Below, in pieces: positions 26,331-40,325 of a stretch of DNA of 64,000 nucleotides; the stretch's first letter is position 1, and each line of letters begins with the position of its first letter. Below the pieces are notes generated by a model. The model saw only the letters and a program-made list of their open reading frames with translations, ran no database searches and was not told the origin of the DNA. The stretch lies in NCBI RefSeq assembly GCF_009914755.1, contig NC_060929.1, one strand, 5' to 3'. The position numbers and the translations under genes are program-made. The DNA is from the human T2T-CHM13v2.0 reference genome, Homo sapiens.

Positions 26331-27436
26331 TCTTATGTTTAAGTAACAACTAAAAAATAATAAAGGATATACAAAAATAAAACACGTAATATATTGTAGA
26401 TGTTTTTCTAAGAAATTACTGTTTACTTTCAGCAGTTTGTTGACACTAAAACGTATAGTGTCTCAAAATAACTTGGTAGACATAGCCCCTTTTTCTTCAA
26501 AAGAGTATATTTCCCATAGTTTAAAGGAAGAACATACTAATCAAATCAGGAAAGCCCAGGCCTTTCATATTTGACCTTTTGTATTATTGGTATTTATAAG
26601 CTCAAGCCAAATTTTATGGCAATTTATTTACAGAGAAATATGAGAACTCTGCTGGAATGTAAGGATTCTGAATAGCAAATGCTCCTCTCCTAGATCCAGG
26701 ATTAATTTCTTCTGTGATTTCAACTTTCATCCTTTACATTTTTATTTTAGTAAATTTTATGATATGTTGTCAATAGTGTTAGCATAACAGTTTAAGGTTT
26801 ACTCTATTTATTTACATATAAATGTCTCTCTTTATATATCACATGTAGGAAATGGAAAAGTAATTTTCTCTCTGAATTTTATATACTGCTTTCTGTTTGT
26901 GAAAATGACTTGCCCTCTTCAGAGCACTGCATTTAGACTAGATCTGTTATCATTCACCATGCATAATGTATTCTTTCCCGTCTCCGTGCTACTTCTCCCG
27001 ACTACAAGTGTTCAGACTTGTAATTAGTCCATCTTCCTCTTTTTTCTTCAATGGTATGGAGACTTTATAAAGTTAATTAAAATATCTTAATAAGAAATCC
27101 TCTTGCTTATCTGTTTTGTTTGTGAGCTATGTACAGCTTTACGGCTTTCTTGATATTATTTCCAAAGTCATATTCGTCTTTTCAAAAAGACTGTAATTAT
27201 CTTAAGAGCAAAAGCAAGTTTCTTCTATTTAATTTACTTCACATACCATTTAGTAAAATACTTCATTAGGTTTTTTAACAAAATTTTAAATGCTTTTATT
27301 ATATAATAAGGTAAGATTTATAAGAATGTCTTCATTATCAAATTAATTTTTCATACCACTAAAATTATAAGTGATAAGACATTCTCACTGGTCAAATATG
27401 CATTAGTATGCATATTTGCGTAGTAATTCTTGCAAT

Positions 27437-27899
27437 TGCAGGACAATTCTCTAGGTAGCCTTGGACCAACTCAGTTCTCCTCTCTTTTCTTGTTTGTAGT
27501 TCTCAAGAAATTGTAGAATGTGCTGGACTGCAAAATCCTGAGATGGGGCTGTACTGGTGAGAACGATCTGGGATCTATTCTTCTCTCCCTTAGAAGCAGA
27601 ATGTTCCTCCAGGTTTTAGCAGCATGTCATGTCGCCCCTGATGTATGTCACCCTTGGGTTTGCCCTTCATGATCCCTCAGCTGCAGTGCAAGTGGGGCAC
27701 TCACAGTCAAGACTCCAACCACACTAAGCTGCTTTCCTCAGCCTTGGGAGACCAGCTCACAATAAATCCTAAGCCTCCGTTGTCCCTTGCTATCTACTTA
27801 TAAGTAATACATCCACTTTGTGTAACTTGTACGCACTGGTGTTGTGTCTCACCAGATTCACACGAGTTTGTAATCAGTGCATCGTGAATCGACTTCATA
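27437..27899 (+). mobile_element. ERVL solo LTR (LTR32-like)
   Basis: 'tgcaggacaattctctaggtagccttggacc..gtagttctcaag..tgtagaatgtgctgg'; ~460 bp. Confidence 0.65.
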
Positions 27900-28616
27900 T
27901 ATAAATAAGCTATCTAAAATAAATTTATAATAACTCATGCATAATAAAGTATAATTTACTTTTTCATGTATTCTCCTCCATTCTTTTTCCTATAAACATT
28001 TTAATGTATTTATAGTCATAATCTATATTTACTTGTTTGTTTCTTTTACTTTACTAACAACTTCAACATATGCTTTGCTAGATTACTTTTAAAAAGTCAT
28101 AGAGTAATAATATTTGCATAATATTTTATTACTTACAATATCTTACATCTATTAAAGCAAATGTGTGTGCGCATGTTGGGCATTTAGGTTGGCTTCATTG
28201 TTTCCATGTAATCTATATTTTTGTATAAATGTACATTCAATGAAGTTTTTTGGTACATGGGGGTCTCTATAGACTAGATTTCAAACAGTGATAATAGTTG
28301 ATCAAAATCTGTTACTTTCAAGACTATGAAACACTGGAACACACAATTGTTAATATGTGTCTTTCAAAAATCTCGATTGTAGCTGTTTTTCTAAGAAATT
28401 ACTGTTTACTTTCAGCGGTTTGTTGACACTAAAACATATCTGTACTGCATGTCTCAAGATGAATTGGTGCCCCTAAAAGAGCAAAAGATGCCAGATACAA
28501 CAGGAAAATTGGAAACATTAATTTTAAATGATGATTTTTAAAAGCATATCTGGTTTAGAAGTAAAGATGTTTTAATGGGCAGTTAAGATGTTATGTTGGT
28601 TTAAAAAAAAAAAAAT

Positions 28617-31600
28617 TCCCCCAAGATGGCTGATTACAGACATCAGATGCCTGTTCTCTTCAGAAAGAAGAACCAAAGTTACAGGTGAATGATCATAGCC
28701 TGAGTGGAATACTGAGAGAAGAGTTCCAAGACCTCAGCACATCCTACCATGTGCTCCCTCTGCCACCCATGTCAGCATATGTGCTTCTGTTCATCTTTGG
28801 GGAATTTGTGGGCAAGCTGGCTTTTACTCCTCAGTGCCACCTACCGGACAACAGATTGGTTGGGCAATTCTGTAATTGCACAACCAAGTTAAAAATCGGT
28901 TGACAGAAAGGCATAGTGCTGGCGAATGAGATAAGCTTCCCGAGACCTCCACACTTGAAACCCCACAGAAGATAGTGAGCCAGCTCACATGCTCAGTACA
29001 TGGCTACAATAATCCACATTAGAGAAGACCACTGTCCTAAAGCTACCTATAACCAAGGAACTCATATATGGCCTTGGCACCCTAAAGTCACAGAAAATTG
29101 AAGCCAAATGATCATACACAATAGACATTACAGTCACACCCTCAAAGGGGGAATTGTCTCATCCAAATGAAAGTAAATTAAAAAATAACAAGTGACAGGT
29201 TTTCCAGATGATTAGGATCAGTGCAAGAACTCTAACAGCACAAAAACCCAAAATATCTCGACACCCAAAAGATCACAATAGCTCTCTAGCAATAAATCCT
29301 AATCAAAATGAAAATTCTGAAATGACAGATAAATAAGTCAAAATGCAGATTGTAAGAAAGCTCAATGAGGTCAATGAGAAAGTTGAAAACCAACAGAAAG
29401 AAATCAGGAAAACAATTCAGGATATGAATGAAAAAAATACTGAAGAAATGGATATTTAAAAAAATACAGAACTTCTAGGAATAAAAAATTCATTGAAGGA
29501 ATCACAAAATATGAAAGTTTTAACAATAGACTAAATCAAGCAGAAGAAAAATTTTAGAGATTGAAGACCAGTCCTTAAAATTAACCTAGTCAGGCAAAAA
29601 TAAATAAATAAATACATAAAATAAAAAAAATAAAAAAATGAACAAAGCCTTCAAGAAATATGGGATTATGTAAAGTGACCCAGACATATTAAGTACACAT
29701 TCTTGCGAAGAAGGAGACAAAAAAGGCTTAGGAAATGTATTTTACACAATTCAGGAAAAGCTCCCTGGTTAGGGAAAGAATTAGACATTCAGACACTAGA
29801 ACTCAAAGACCACCTGGCAGATTCTCTGCAAGACTAACCTCATCAAAGCATATAGCCATCGGTTTACCCAACATCAAAGTGAAGGAAAAAATCCTAAAAG
29901 TATCTGGAGAAAAGTGTCTAATCACTTATAAAGGAAGTTCCATCAGACATACAGCATAAACTGTAAGTGGGTACAGAACAAGCCAGAAGAGATTGCCGCA
30001 CTATCTTCAGCCTTCTTAAATAAAAAACATGCCTGCCAATAATTTCATATCCGGACAAACTAAGCTTTATAGATGAAGAAGAAACAAAGTCATTCCCAGA
30101 GAAGCAAAAGCTAAAGAAATGTGTCACCACTAGGCTAATCCTACAAGAAATACACAAAGGAATTCTAAATGTGGAAATGAAAAGGTGATATTTGCCATTA
30201 TAAAAGCACACATAAGTTCAAAGCTCACAAATCCTATAAAGCAATTACACAATTGAGACTACGAAGCAACTGGGTAGCAGCATTATGACAGGAACAAAAG
30301 TTCAAACATCAGTATTAACCTTGAACATCAATGGCCTACATGCATCACTTAAAACATACAGACAGGCAAATTGGGTTAAGAAAACAAACAAGCAAACAAA
30401 ACATGTTCCAAACATTTGTTGGCTATAAGAGACTCACCTAATGGTTAAAGACACCTACAGATTCAAAGTAAAGGGGTGGAAAAATGTACACTACATGATG
30501 GAAAACAAAAATGAGTGGGAGTAGCTATACTTAGATAAAACAGACTTTAAATCAACAACAGTAAAATTTAGACAAAGAAGGTCATTATATAATGAGGAAG
30601 TGTTCAATTCGGTAAGAAGACATAATTGTTTTCAATATACATGCACCCAGACTTATAAAACAAACACTACTAGACTTAAGAAAAGAGAAACAGTAATACA
30701 ATAACAGTGAGGAACTTCAACACCACACTGATAACACTAAGACATCATTGAGGCAGAAAATCAACAAAGAATCTCTGGATTTAAACTGGACTCTATACCA
30801 AACAGACCTAATAGACATTTACAGATATCTATCAAACACTTGCAGAATATACACTTTTCTTATCTGCACATGGAACATTCTTCAAAATAGACCACGTGGT
30901 TGGCCATAAAATAAATCTCAATGAAGTTAAAAAGAATTAAAATAATATCAAATATCTTTTCAGACAAAAGTGGCATAACATTAGAAGTCAATAATAAGAG
31001 GAACTTTCAAAACTTTACTAATACATGGAAACTAAACAACTTGATCCTGGATGATCTTTGGGGGAATGATGAAGAAATAAAAAAAATTGAAATAAAAAAA
31101 TGGAGCTGAAACATTCAAAACTTTTGGGATACAACCAAAGAAGTGCTAAGAGGAAAAAGTTTAAAGCATTAAATGTCTAAATTAAACAGATGGAAGGAAA
31201 TATCTCAAATTAACAACCTAACATTACATCTCAGGAAACTGGATAAACAAGAACAAACCAAACCCAGAGCTAGCAGGAGATAAGAAATAACAAATACCTG
31301 AGTAGAAGTAAATGAGAATGAAACAACAACAACAAAAATGATAAAAAGGATCAATGAAGCAAAAAGTTGACTCTATGAAAACCTAAACAAAATTGATAGA
31401 CTGATAGCTAGATCAACCAAGAAAAAATAGAGGATACGTAAATAAACATAATCAGAAAGGATAAAGGTGGCATTATAACCAATACCACAGATATACCAAA
31501 GATCATCAGAGATTATCATGAGCATCCCCATGTGCACAAACTAGAAAACCTTGAGAAAATTGAAAATTCCTGGAGACATACACCCTTCCAAGATTGAACC

Positions 31601-34325
31601 AGGATGTAACTGAAATCTTGACCAGACAAATAGCAAGGAATGGAATCGAATAAGTTATTTTATAAAAATCTCCCAAGCATAAAAAGCCCAGGACCTGATG
31701 AATTCACAGGCAAATGTTACTATACACACACAGGAGAGCTGGTACAAATCTTTCTGAAATTATTCCAAAAAATTGAGAAGAGATTTCTATCCAACTCATT
31801 CTACAAAATCAATTCACCGTGATGCCAAAATTAGTCAAGGACACAACCACAAAATAAAACTACAGGGTTGTATTTCTGATTAATATAGATGCAAATGTCC
31901 TCAACAAAATATTAGCAAACCAAAATCAATAGCACATGAAAAAGATAATACATCATTATCAAATGGGGTTTATTCCAGAAATACAAGGATGAGTTGGCAT
32001 ACATTAATCAATAAGTGTGATTCACCACATAAACATAACTTAAAACAAAAACCATATGGTTGTCTCAATGCAGAAAAAGCATTCAATAAAATCCAACATT
32101 TCTTCATGATAAAATGCTCAACAAACTAGGCATTGAGGAACATACCTCAAAATAATAAAAGGCATACAGAGCACACCCACAGCCAACATCAGACTGGATA
32201 TAGAAAAGTTGAATGCCTTTTGCCTAAGAACTGGAATAATACAAGAGTGCCCAATCTTATCAGTCTTGTTCAACATAGTGCTTGAAATCCTAACCAAGTA
32301 ACCAGGTAGGAGAAACAATGCAGGGCTTCCAAATTAGAAAAGAGGAAGTCAAATTATCTTTATTCCCTGATTACATGATCTTATAATTAGAAAATCATAA
32401 GACTACTCTAATCATAAGACTACTCTAAAAGACTACTAGATTTGATAAATGACTTCATTACAGTTTCAGGATGCAAAATCAACATACAACAATCAGTAGT
32501 ATTTCTATACAGCAATAACGCTTAAGCTGAGAATGAACTCAAAAATGCAATCCCATTGACAATAGCCACAAAAAACTAAAGTACCTAGGAATATATTTAA
32601 CCAAAGAGGTGAAAAATATGTACAAGGAGAACTACAAAACACTAATGAAATAAATCAAATATGACACAAACAAATGGAAAAATATCCCATGCTCATCGAC
32701 TAAAATAATCAACATTGTTAAAATAACCATGCTACCCAAAGCAATATATAGATTCAATGCAATTTCTATAATTTACCAATATCATTTTTCACAGATTTAG
32801 AAAAAAAATCCTAAGATTAATAAGGAACCAAAAGAGAGCCATAACAGTCAAAGCAATCCTAAGCAAAAATAGCAAAGCTGGAGGCATCACATTACTTGAC
32901 TTCAAATTATGCTACAAGGCAATAGTAATCAAAATAGCATGGTGCTTGTACAAAATGGAGACATAGATCAATCAAACAGAATAGAGAACCCAGAAATAAA
33001 ATTACATACCTACAACTAACCAATCTTTGATAAAGTCAACAAAAATATATAATGAGGAAAGAACACCCTATTTAAAAATGATGCTGGAAAAATTGGCTAG
33101 CCCTATACAAAAGAATGAATCTAGACCCCTATCTTTTACCATATACAAAAACCAACTCAAGATATATTAAATACTGAAATGTAAATACTGAAACTCTAAA
33201 AATTGTAGAAGAAAATCTAAGAAAAAATCTTCTGGACATTGGCCTAGGCAAAGAATTTATGGCTAAGACTGTAAAAGCAAGTGCAATAAAACCAAAAATG
33301 GACAAATGGGACTCAATCAAACTATAACAAACCCTCTACATAGCAAAAGAAATAATCAACACAATAAACAATCAACCTACCAAAAGGGAGAAAATATTTG
33401 CAAACTATGCATCTGACAAAGGGCCAATATACAAACTCAACAAGGAATCCAAAAACTCAACAACAAAACAACAAATAACTCCATTAAAAAGTAAGAAAAG
33501 GACATGAACAGATATTTCTCAAAAGAAGACATGCAAGTGGCTAACAAATTAAAAAATATTCATTATCACTAAATCATCAGAGAAATGCTAAAACTACAGT
33601 GAGATACCATCTCATACCAATCAGAATATCTATTATTAAAAAGTCAAAAAAGCAAGATATGTTGGTGAAGACGCAGAAAAAAAGGGGAAGAATGCTTATG
33701 CACTGTTGATGGGATTGCAAATTAGTACAACCTCTATGGAAAGCAGTATGGAGATTTCACTAATAACTGAAAATATAACTACCATTAGACCCAGCAGCTC
33801 CACCACTAGATATCTACCCAAAGAAAAATAATCATTGTATCAAAAAGCCACCCGCACTACTATGTTTATTGCAGCACTATTCACAATAGCAAAATCATTG
33901 AATTCATCAGTGGATGAATTCATCAGTGGATGAAGTGTTCATCAGTGGATGACTGGATGAGGAAAATGTGGCATATATACACAATGGAATACTATATGGC
34001 CAAAAAAAGGAATGGAATCATGTGTACTGCACCTACATGATGCAGCTGGAGACCATTATCTTAAATGAAGTAATCAGAAACTGAAAATTAAATACTGCAT
34101 GTTCTCACTCATAAGTGGGAGCTAACCAATGGTTACACATAGACATACAGATGGAAGTAATAGACACTGGGGACTCTAAAAGTGAGAAGAATGAGAGGGG
34201 GCTGAGGGTTATAAAATTACTGATTAGGTACAATGTTTCCTATTTGGGTGATGGATACACCAGAAGTCCAAACCTCACCATTATGCAGTATATCCATGTA
34301 ACAAATCTGTCATGCTCCCTCCCCT
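28617..34325 (+). mobile_element. Near full-length, inactivated L1PB4-like element
   Basis: 5' 'ccaagatggctga', then ORF1, endonuclease and RT remnants with many stops/frameshifts; L1PB-type 3'UTR 'aacctcaccattatgcagtatatccatgtaacaaa'. Confidence 0.9.
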
Positions 34326-34481
34326 TCATATATATGTGCTCTCTCTCATTCTCTCTCTGTATATATATGTATATACATACAAAAAAGTTTATATATATGT
34401 AATACATATACATATATAATGTTATGTAGATGTATTAATACTTACAAATATATAATGCTATATACAATAAATGCTATGTAG

Positions 34482-34848
<367 letters not shown>

Positions 34849-36279
34849 GCTCTCCAGTTTTTACCCACCAAGACTGATTCCAATGTTGATGGATGTCGTC
34901 TTCATATTCTCTTAAACTCTGCTCTTTGAATCTTCTTACAGTACCAAAGAAGTCTCAACTCAAGAACTGACCTATTTCATCACAAACCAAACGTTTCAAG
35001 ATATTAATCTAAAGCTTCCTGGATAGATATATGGGCTAATAATCTACTTCAAATTGTCTTTACTGTTTAAACTCTTACACAAATCCTTGGCTGTTTCATA
35101 TAATTATTTTTTCTTTGTGCTATATAATTAATTAAAGAGAAGCCAAAATGATAATTATTTCAGCAAACAGCTGGATATAACTTTGTCCTGCAGATATGTT
35201 ACATACATCTTCAAAGGCACTGCCTGGTGACAAAAAAAGTAAATGCTTAAATTCAGGCTTCTTCAACTTTTCCAATTGTTTAGGTATCTGACTATGCCTT
35301 TTTTGTTGTTGTTTGATAATAGATGTGTTTTATGTTCCAAGGCAGTTGTTTGAAAAGTAATTACTGTATAAAGGTGTTAAGGTAGAAATGTTAAAGTAAT
35401 ATAGAATTTTACAATAGAGCATTAAAATATTTTCGAACAATTAATTTTCATTACAATTGTAATCTAATCAAGTCATATAATTAATGCTGTATTTGTGCTT
35501 TATAGGTTTTAATCCTTCTGATGTTGTTTGTAATTCTAAGAGATAGGTGTGTCATTTCTTTAACTTACTTGGCATGAATACTGAGGCTTGGAACGTTAAC
35601 TGAGAAAGAACAATGGCTGATAAATGTTGGAAATAGAATTCCCCCAAACTCTTGCTTTTAACATGTATTTAACCTCTATTCTAGATACAATTTTAGCACT
35701 TTTCTTCTAATGAATTTTTATTTTGCTTAATTTGTCTAGGAAATGGTAATGCATTATTTATATTGGGGTTAATATGTTATTATATTATTTAAAGTTATGT
35801 ATTGTGGGAGTATTTTAAAATAAGTTTCTTATAAGATTTGTCTTTTAATGGTTTTTTCTATTAATTGTTAGCAATAGGTATTATTTATAGCAGTGATTTT
35901 CTAGGTGCACTAGAAAAATAATGTAATAAAATCAAAAGAGTGTTAAAGAGATTTAAATTACCAGTAGGTAGGATCAGAAGACGAAAAGTTTCACTTATTG
36001 AACTTTTGCCATGCCAGGTTCTGCTCTAGCACCAGATTTATATAATACACACAGTAAAGCACAAGACAGTCAAAGTCTTGGCCTTCAGCCTACAATCTAG
36101 ATTGGGAGTATAAAGTATACCAGGAAGCCAATAATGAAGTAATATAATTTAATATTTGATAAGAATGTTAAGAAAATTAAGTTTGGAGAGGAGCTGTTTC
36201 AGATAGGATACACGGAGAATATTTCTTTGAGGAGTTGGTAAAGATAAAGATGGGACAGTAAGCAGAGAGAAGATCAATT

Positions 36280-36915
36280 CTGTCTTATCAGTCTTCTTAA
36301 TTTTATCCATTCCAGGAAGTATACAATGGTTCTGCATTCTGGCTTTAATTTGCATTTCCTTAGTAACTAAGGATGCAGAGTGCCTGTTTATGTGCTTATG
36401 ATCATTTCAATATCTAATTGTTTGAGTGGTTGCTTAAGTATTTGACCCAACTTTAAATTCTTGCTTTTGGTGATGAGGGTTTTGTTTGTTTTGTTTTCTG
36501 GTCTTTCAATTATTGGAGATGCAGGAGTTCTTTATATATTGCCATGTACAAATATTCCAAATATTTTCTCCTATTTTTTGTATTCTGTATTCATTTTCGG
36601 AATCAGTTTTTCAGGAAATAATTTAATTTTGATTATGTTTAATTTACTTTTATTTTTCCTTTTTATGATTAATGCATATCGGATCTTGTCCAAAAAATTA
36701 TTTGCTTGGCAAAACTCTTAAAGATAGTCTTCTAGTTTTTGTATTTAGCTTTCTGCCCCATCTCAGATTGATTTTTGTGTATGATATGAGGTAATATTAA
36801 AAATAAATATTTTTTAATGTGAGATATTCAATTTCTCTAGAACAATTTATTGAAAAAAATAAAACCGTTTCTCTTTGTAATTGAAAAAGTCTTGGTCAAA
36901 AATCAACTAACTATG
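36280..36915 (-). mobile_element. Old L1M ORF2 fragment (continues briefly after 39653)
   Basis: 'tggctttaatttgcatttccttagtaactaagga', 'ttgatttttgtgtatgatatgaggta'. Confidence 0.75.
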
Positions 36916-37229
36916 TGAGAGCTAAAAAAACTTGATCTCATAGAAGTAAAAAGTAGAAAAGAGGATACTAGAGTCTGGAAAGGTAGTGGGAAGGGCAGGA
37001 TAACAGAGTTTGTTAAAGGATACAAAATAATAGCTAGATAGGTAGGATAAATTCTAGTGTTCTATACCACTGTAGGATGACTAAAGATGAAAACATATAG
37101 TTTCAAATAGGTAGAAGGAGGATATTGAACATTCCCAACTCAATGATATGGTGTCTGAGATGATGGATATGCTAATTACCCTCATCTGATTACTATACAC
37201 TGTGTATCAAAACACTATTATGCACCCAT

Positions 37230-39585
37230 TGTATTAATACATTCTCATGCTGCTCTAAAGAACTGCCCAAGACTGGGTAATGTATAAAGGAAAGAGGTTT
37301 AAGTGACTCGCAGTTATGCAAGGCTGGGAGGCCTCAGGAAGCTTACAATCATGGTGGAAGGAGAAGCAAACATGTCCTTTTTCACATGATGGTGGGAAGG
37401 AGAAGTGGTGAGGAAAGAGGGAAAAGCCCCTTATAAAACCACCAGATCTTATGAGAATTCACTCACTATCACAAGAATAGCAACATGGGTTAACTGTCCC
37501 CATGATTCAATTACCTCCAACTGGGTCCCTCCCATGACACATGGGGATTATGGGAACTACAATTCAAGATGAGATTTGGGTGGGGACACAGACAAACCAT
37601 ATCATTCTGTGTCTGGAATTGGTTCCTTCCGGTGGGTTCTTGGTCTTGCTGACTTCAAGAATGAAGTCGCGGACCCTTGTGGTAAGTGTACAGTTCTTAA
37701 AGATGGTGTGTCTGGAGTTTTTTCCTTCAGATGTTCATATGTGTCTGGAGTTTCTTCCTTCTGGTGGGTTTGTGGTCTCACTGACTTCAGGTGTGAAGCC
37801 ACAGGTCTTTGCAGTGAGTGTTACAGCTCTTAAAGGTGGTGCATCCAGAGTTCTTTATTCCTCCTGGTGGGTTTGTGGTCTCACTGACTTCAGGAGTGAA
37901 GCCGCAGACCTTTGCAGTGAGTGTTACAGCTCTTAAAGGTGGCTCATCCGGAGTTTGTTTGTTCCTCCCAGTGGGTTTGTGGTCTCACTGACTTCAGGAG
38001 TGAAGCTGCAGACCCTCGTGGGGAGTGTTACAGCTCCCACAGCTTTGAACATCTCCACCCCTGTGGCTTTGCAGGGCACAGCCTCCCTCCTGACTGCTTT
38101 CACAGGATGCCATTGAGTGTCTGCAGCTTTTCCAGGTGCATAGTGCAAGTTGTCTGTGGATCTACCATTCTGCGGTCTGGAGCCACAGCTCCACTAGGCA
38201 GCACCCCAGTGGGGACGCTGTGTGTGGGGGTTCCAACCCATCTTTCCCTTCTGCATTGCCCTAGCAGAGGTTCTTCATGAGGGCTGTCACCCCTGCAGCA
38301 AACTTCTGCCTGGACATTCAGGAGCTTCCATACATCCTCTGAAATCTAGGTGGAGGTTCCCAAACCTCAATTCTTGACTTCTGTGCACCCACAGGCCCAA
38401 CACCACATGTAAGGTGCCAAGGTTTGGGGCTTGCAACATCTGAAGCAACAGCCCAAATGCTACATTGGTCTCTTTTAGCCATGGCTGGGATGCAGGGCAC
38501 CAAGTCCTGAGACTGCATAAAACATCAAGGCTTTGACCCACTAAACCATTTTTCCCTCTTAGGTCTCCAGGCCTGTGATGGGTGGGGCTGCTGTGAAGAC
38601 CTCCGACATGCCCTGGAGACATTTTTTCCTTTGTTTTGGCAATTAACATTTGGTTCCTTGTTACTTATGCAAATTTCTGTAGCTGGCTTGTCTCCACAGA
38701 AAATGGTTTTTCTTTTCTATTGTATCATCAGGCTGCAATTTTTTGAAACTTTTATGCTCTGCTTTGCTTCCAATTCTAAGCCTTATCTTTGTGGATACAT
38801 AACACTGAATGCTTTTAATAGCACCCAAGTCACATCTTGAACACTTTGCTGTCTAGAAATTTCTCCAACCAGATAACCTAAAACATCACTCTCAAGTTCA
38901 AAGTTCCACAGATCTCTGAGGCAGGGGCAAAATGCTGCCAGTCTCTTTGCTAAAACATAGCAATGGTCACCTTTATTCTAGTTACCAACAAGTCCTTCAT
39001 CTCCATTCGAGACCACCTCAGCCTGGACTTCATTGTACATATCACTATCAGCATTTTGGCAAAAGCCATTCAAGCCTCTAGGATGTTCCAAACTTTTTCA
39101 CATCTTCCTGTCTTCTTCTGAGCCTTTGAAACTGTTCCAACCTCTGGCTGTTACCCAATTCCAAAGTTGCTTCCACTTTTTCAGGTACCTTTACAGCAGT
39201 GCCCCACTACCTGGTACCAATTTACAGTATTAGTCCCTTCTCATGCACTATAAAGAACTTCCTGAAACTCGGTAATTTATGAAGGAAAGAGGTTTAATTG
39301 GCTCACTTTTCTAAAGAGGTTTAATTGACTCACAGCAGAAGAGAAAGCAAATGTGTCCTTTTTCAAATGATGGCAGGAAGGAGATGTGGTGAGCAAAGAG
39401 GGAAAAGCCCCTTATAAAAACATCAGATCTCGTGAGAACTCACTCACCATCACAAGACCAGCAGCATATGTGTAACCGTCCCCCTGATTCAATTACCTCC
39501 CATTGGGTCCCTCCCACAACACGTGGGGATTATGAGAACTACAATTCAAGGTGAGATTTGGGTGGGGAGAAGACAAACCATATCC
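37230..39585 (-). mobile_element. THE1D-like MaLR, LTR-int-LTR (LTRs 37230-37604 and 39226-39585), internally rearranged
   Basis: Two LTRs; antisense THE1-int 38037-39225; TSD cccat/cctat. Confidence 0.9.
37608..38036 (-). mobile_element. LTR12 (ERV9) 3'/U5 fragment with ~85-bp tandem units
   Basis: Starts TGTGTCTGGAATTGG (reverse complement of the LTR12 end); repeated 'gtgggtttgtggtctcactgacttcagg..gagtgttacagctc'. Confidence 0.9.
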
Positions 39586-39702
39586 CCTATGAATATGTAC
39601 AATTATTTGTCAATTTAAAAATAAAATTAAAATACAAAAAAGTCAATTAGTTATTTAAAAAATACTGTATTTCTGGTATTTCTATTCTGTTCTGTTGATA
39701 TA

Positions 39703-40325
39703 TAGTTGATTCTCATATTTATAATACATTCTGTGAAGTTGCTGTGAACACTGAATTGTTGAACCCTAAACTGAACTATTGGTCTTAAGGGATATATAGG
39801 GTTATGTTCCTGAGAGCCTCTGGTCACAACATTTTCTCAATGAATTAATACATAACTTTGTTGTATGTTTGTTTCTGTTTTAGAAGACGTGATTTGATAT
39901 ACACTGTTGATTCATTAACACTGAACTCACAGCCAATAATACAAGACATTATACCCTAATGAACCTTATCTAACGCATTCATTTTCTCCATAAAGCACAT
40001 GCCAGCCTACATGGCTTTAGGAACACTAGACAGCACTTCAACACAATGTTTAGGGACTATTTTAAACTGTAGAATTACCAACAAAAAGTGTAAAAATGTG
40101 AAAAACATGGCACTAAGTAGACCACAAAAAGAATACTTGTTTATGGTGTGAGAACTGAAACAAGAAAGCAGAGAATCACCACAACGGACTGTAGCTGAAG
40201 AAGTATGTATCTGCTGGCTCAAATGTTTTGCCAATCTGTGCATGTCTGTGAATGCACGGTGGATATTGATTTTAGGGTTACAGAAAAATTTTAGTGTGTA
40301 GGTGAGAATTTGAAAATATAAACTA
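39703..40325. mobile_element. MER82 (TcMar-Tigger) DNA transposon fossil
   Basis: 'agttgattctcat', 'agggttatgttcctgagagcctctggtcacaacatttt', 'ttaggaacactagacagcacttca'. Confidence 0.8.

Larger units (their letters stand above)
36915..39640 (+). mobile_element. L1MA-type 3' end (36915-37229 and 39586-39640) split by THE1D
   Basis: 'gagctaaaaaaacttgatctcatagaagta..gatggatatgctaattaccc'; resumes 'atgaatatgtacaattat'; TSD-like aaaatcaactaactat / aaagtcaattagttat. Confidence 0.8.

Noticed and set aside
12252-32428. Short tandem duplications (12252, 17754, 18968, 22518, 32393)
   Set aside because: Ordinary 13-27-bp slippage-type duplications
28617-34325. Possibly active full-length L1
   Set aside because: No ORF over 100 aa; many stops and frameshifts; 5'UTR appears shortened
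37608-38036. Regularly spaced ~85-bp repeats superficially like a CRISPR array
   Set aside because: Normal LTR12 U5 tandem units in eukaryotic DNA; no unique spacers and no cas genes
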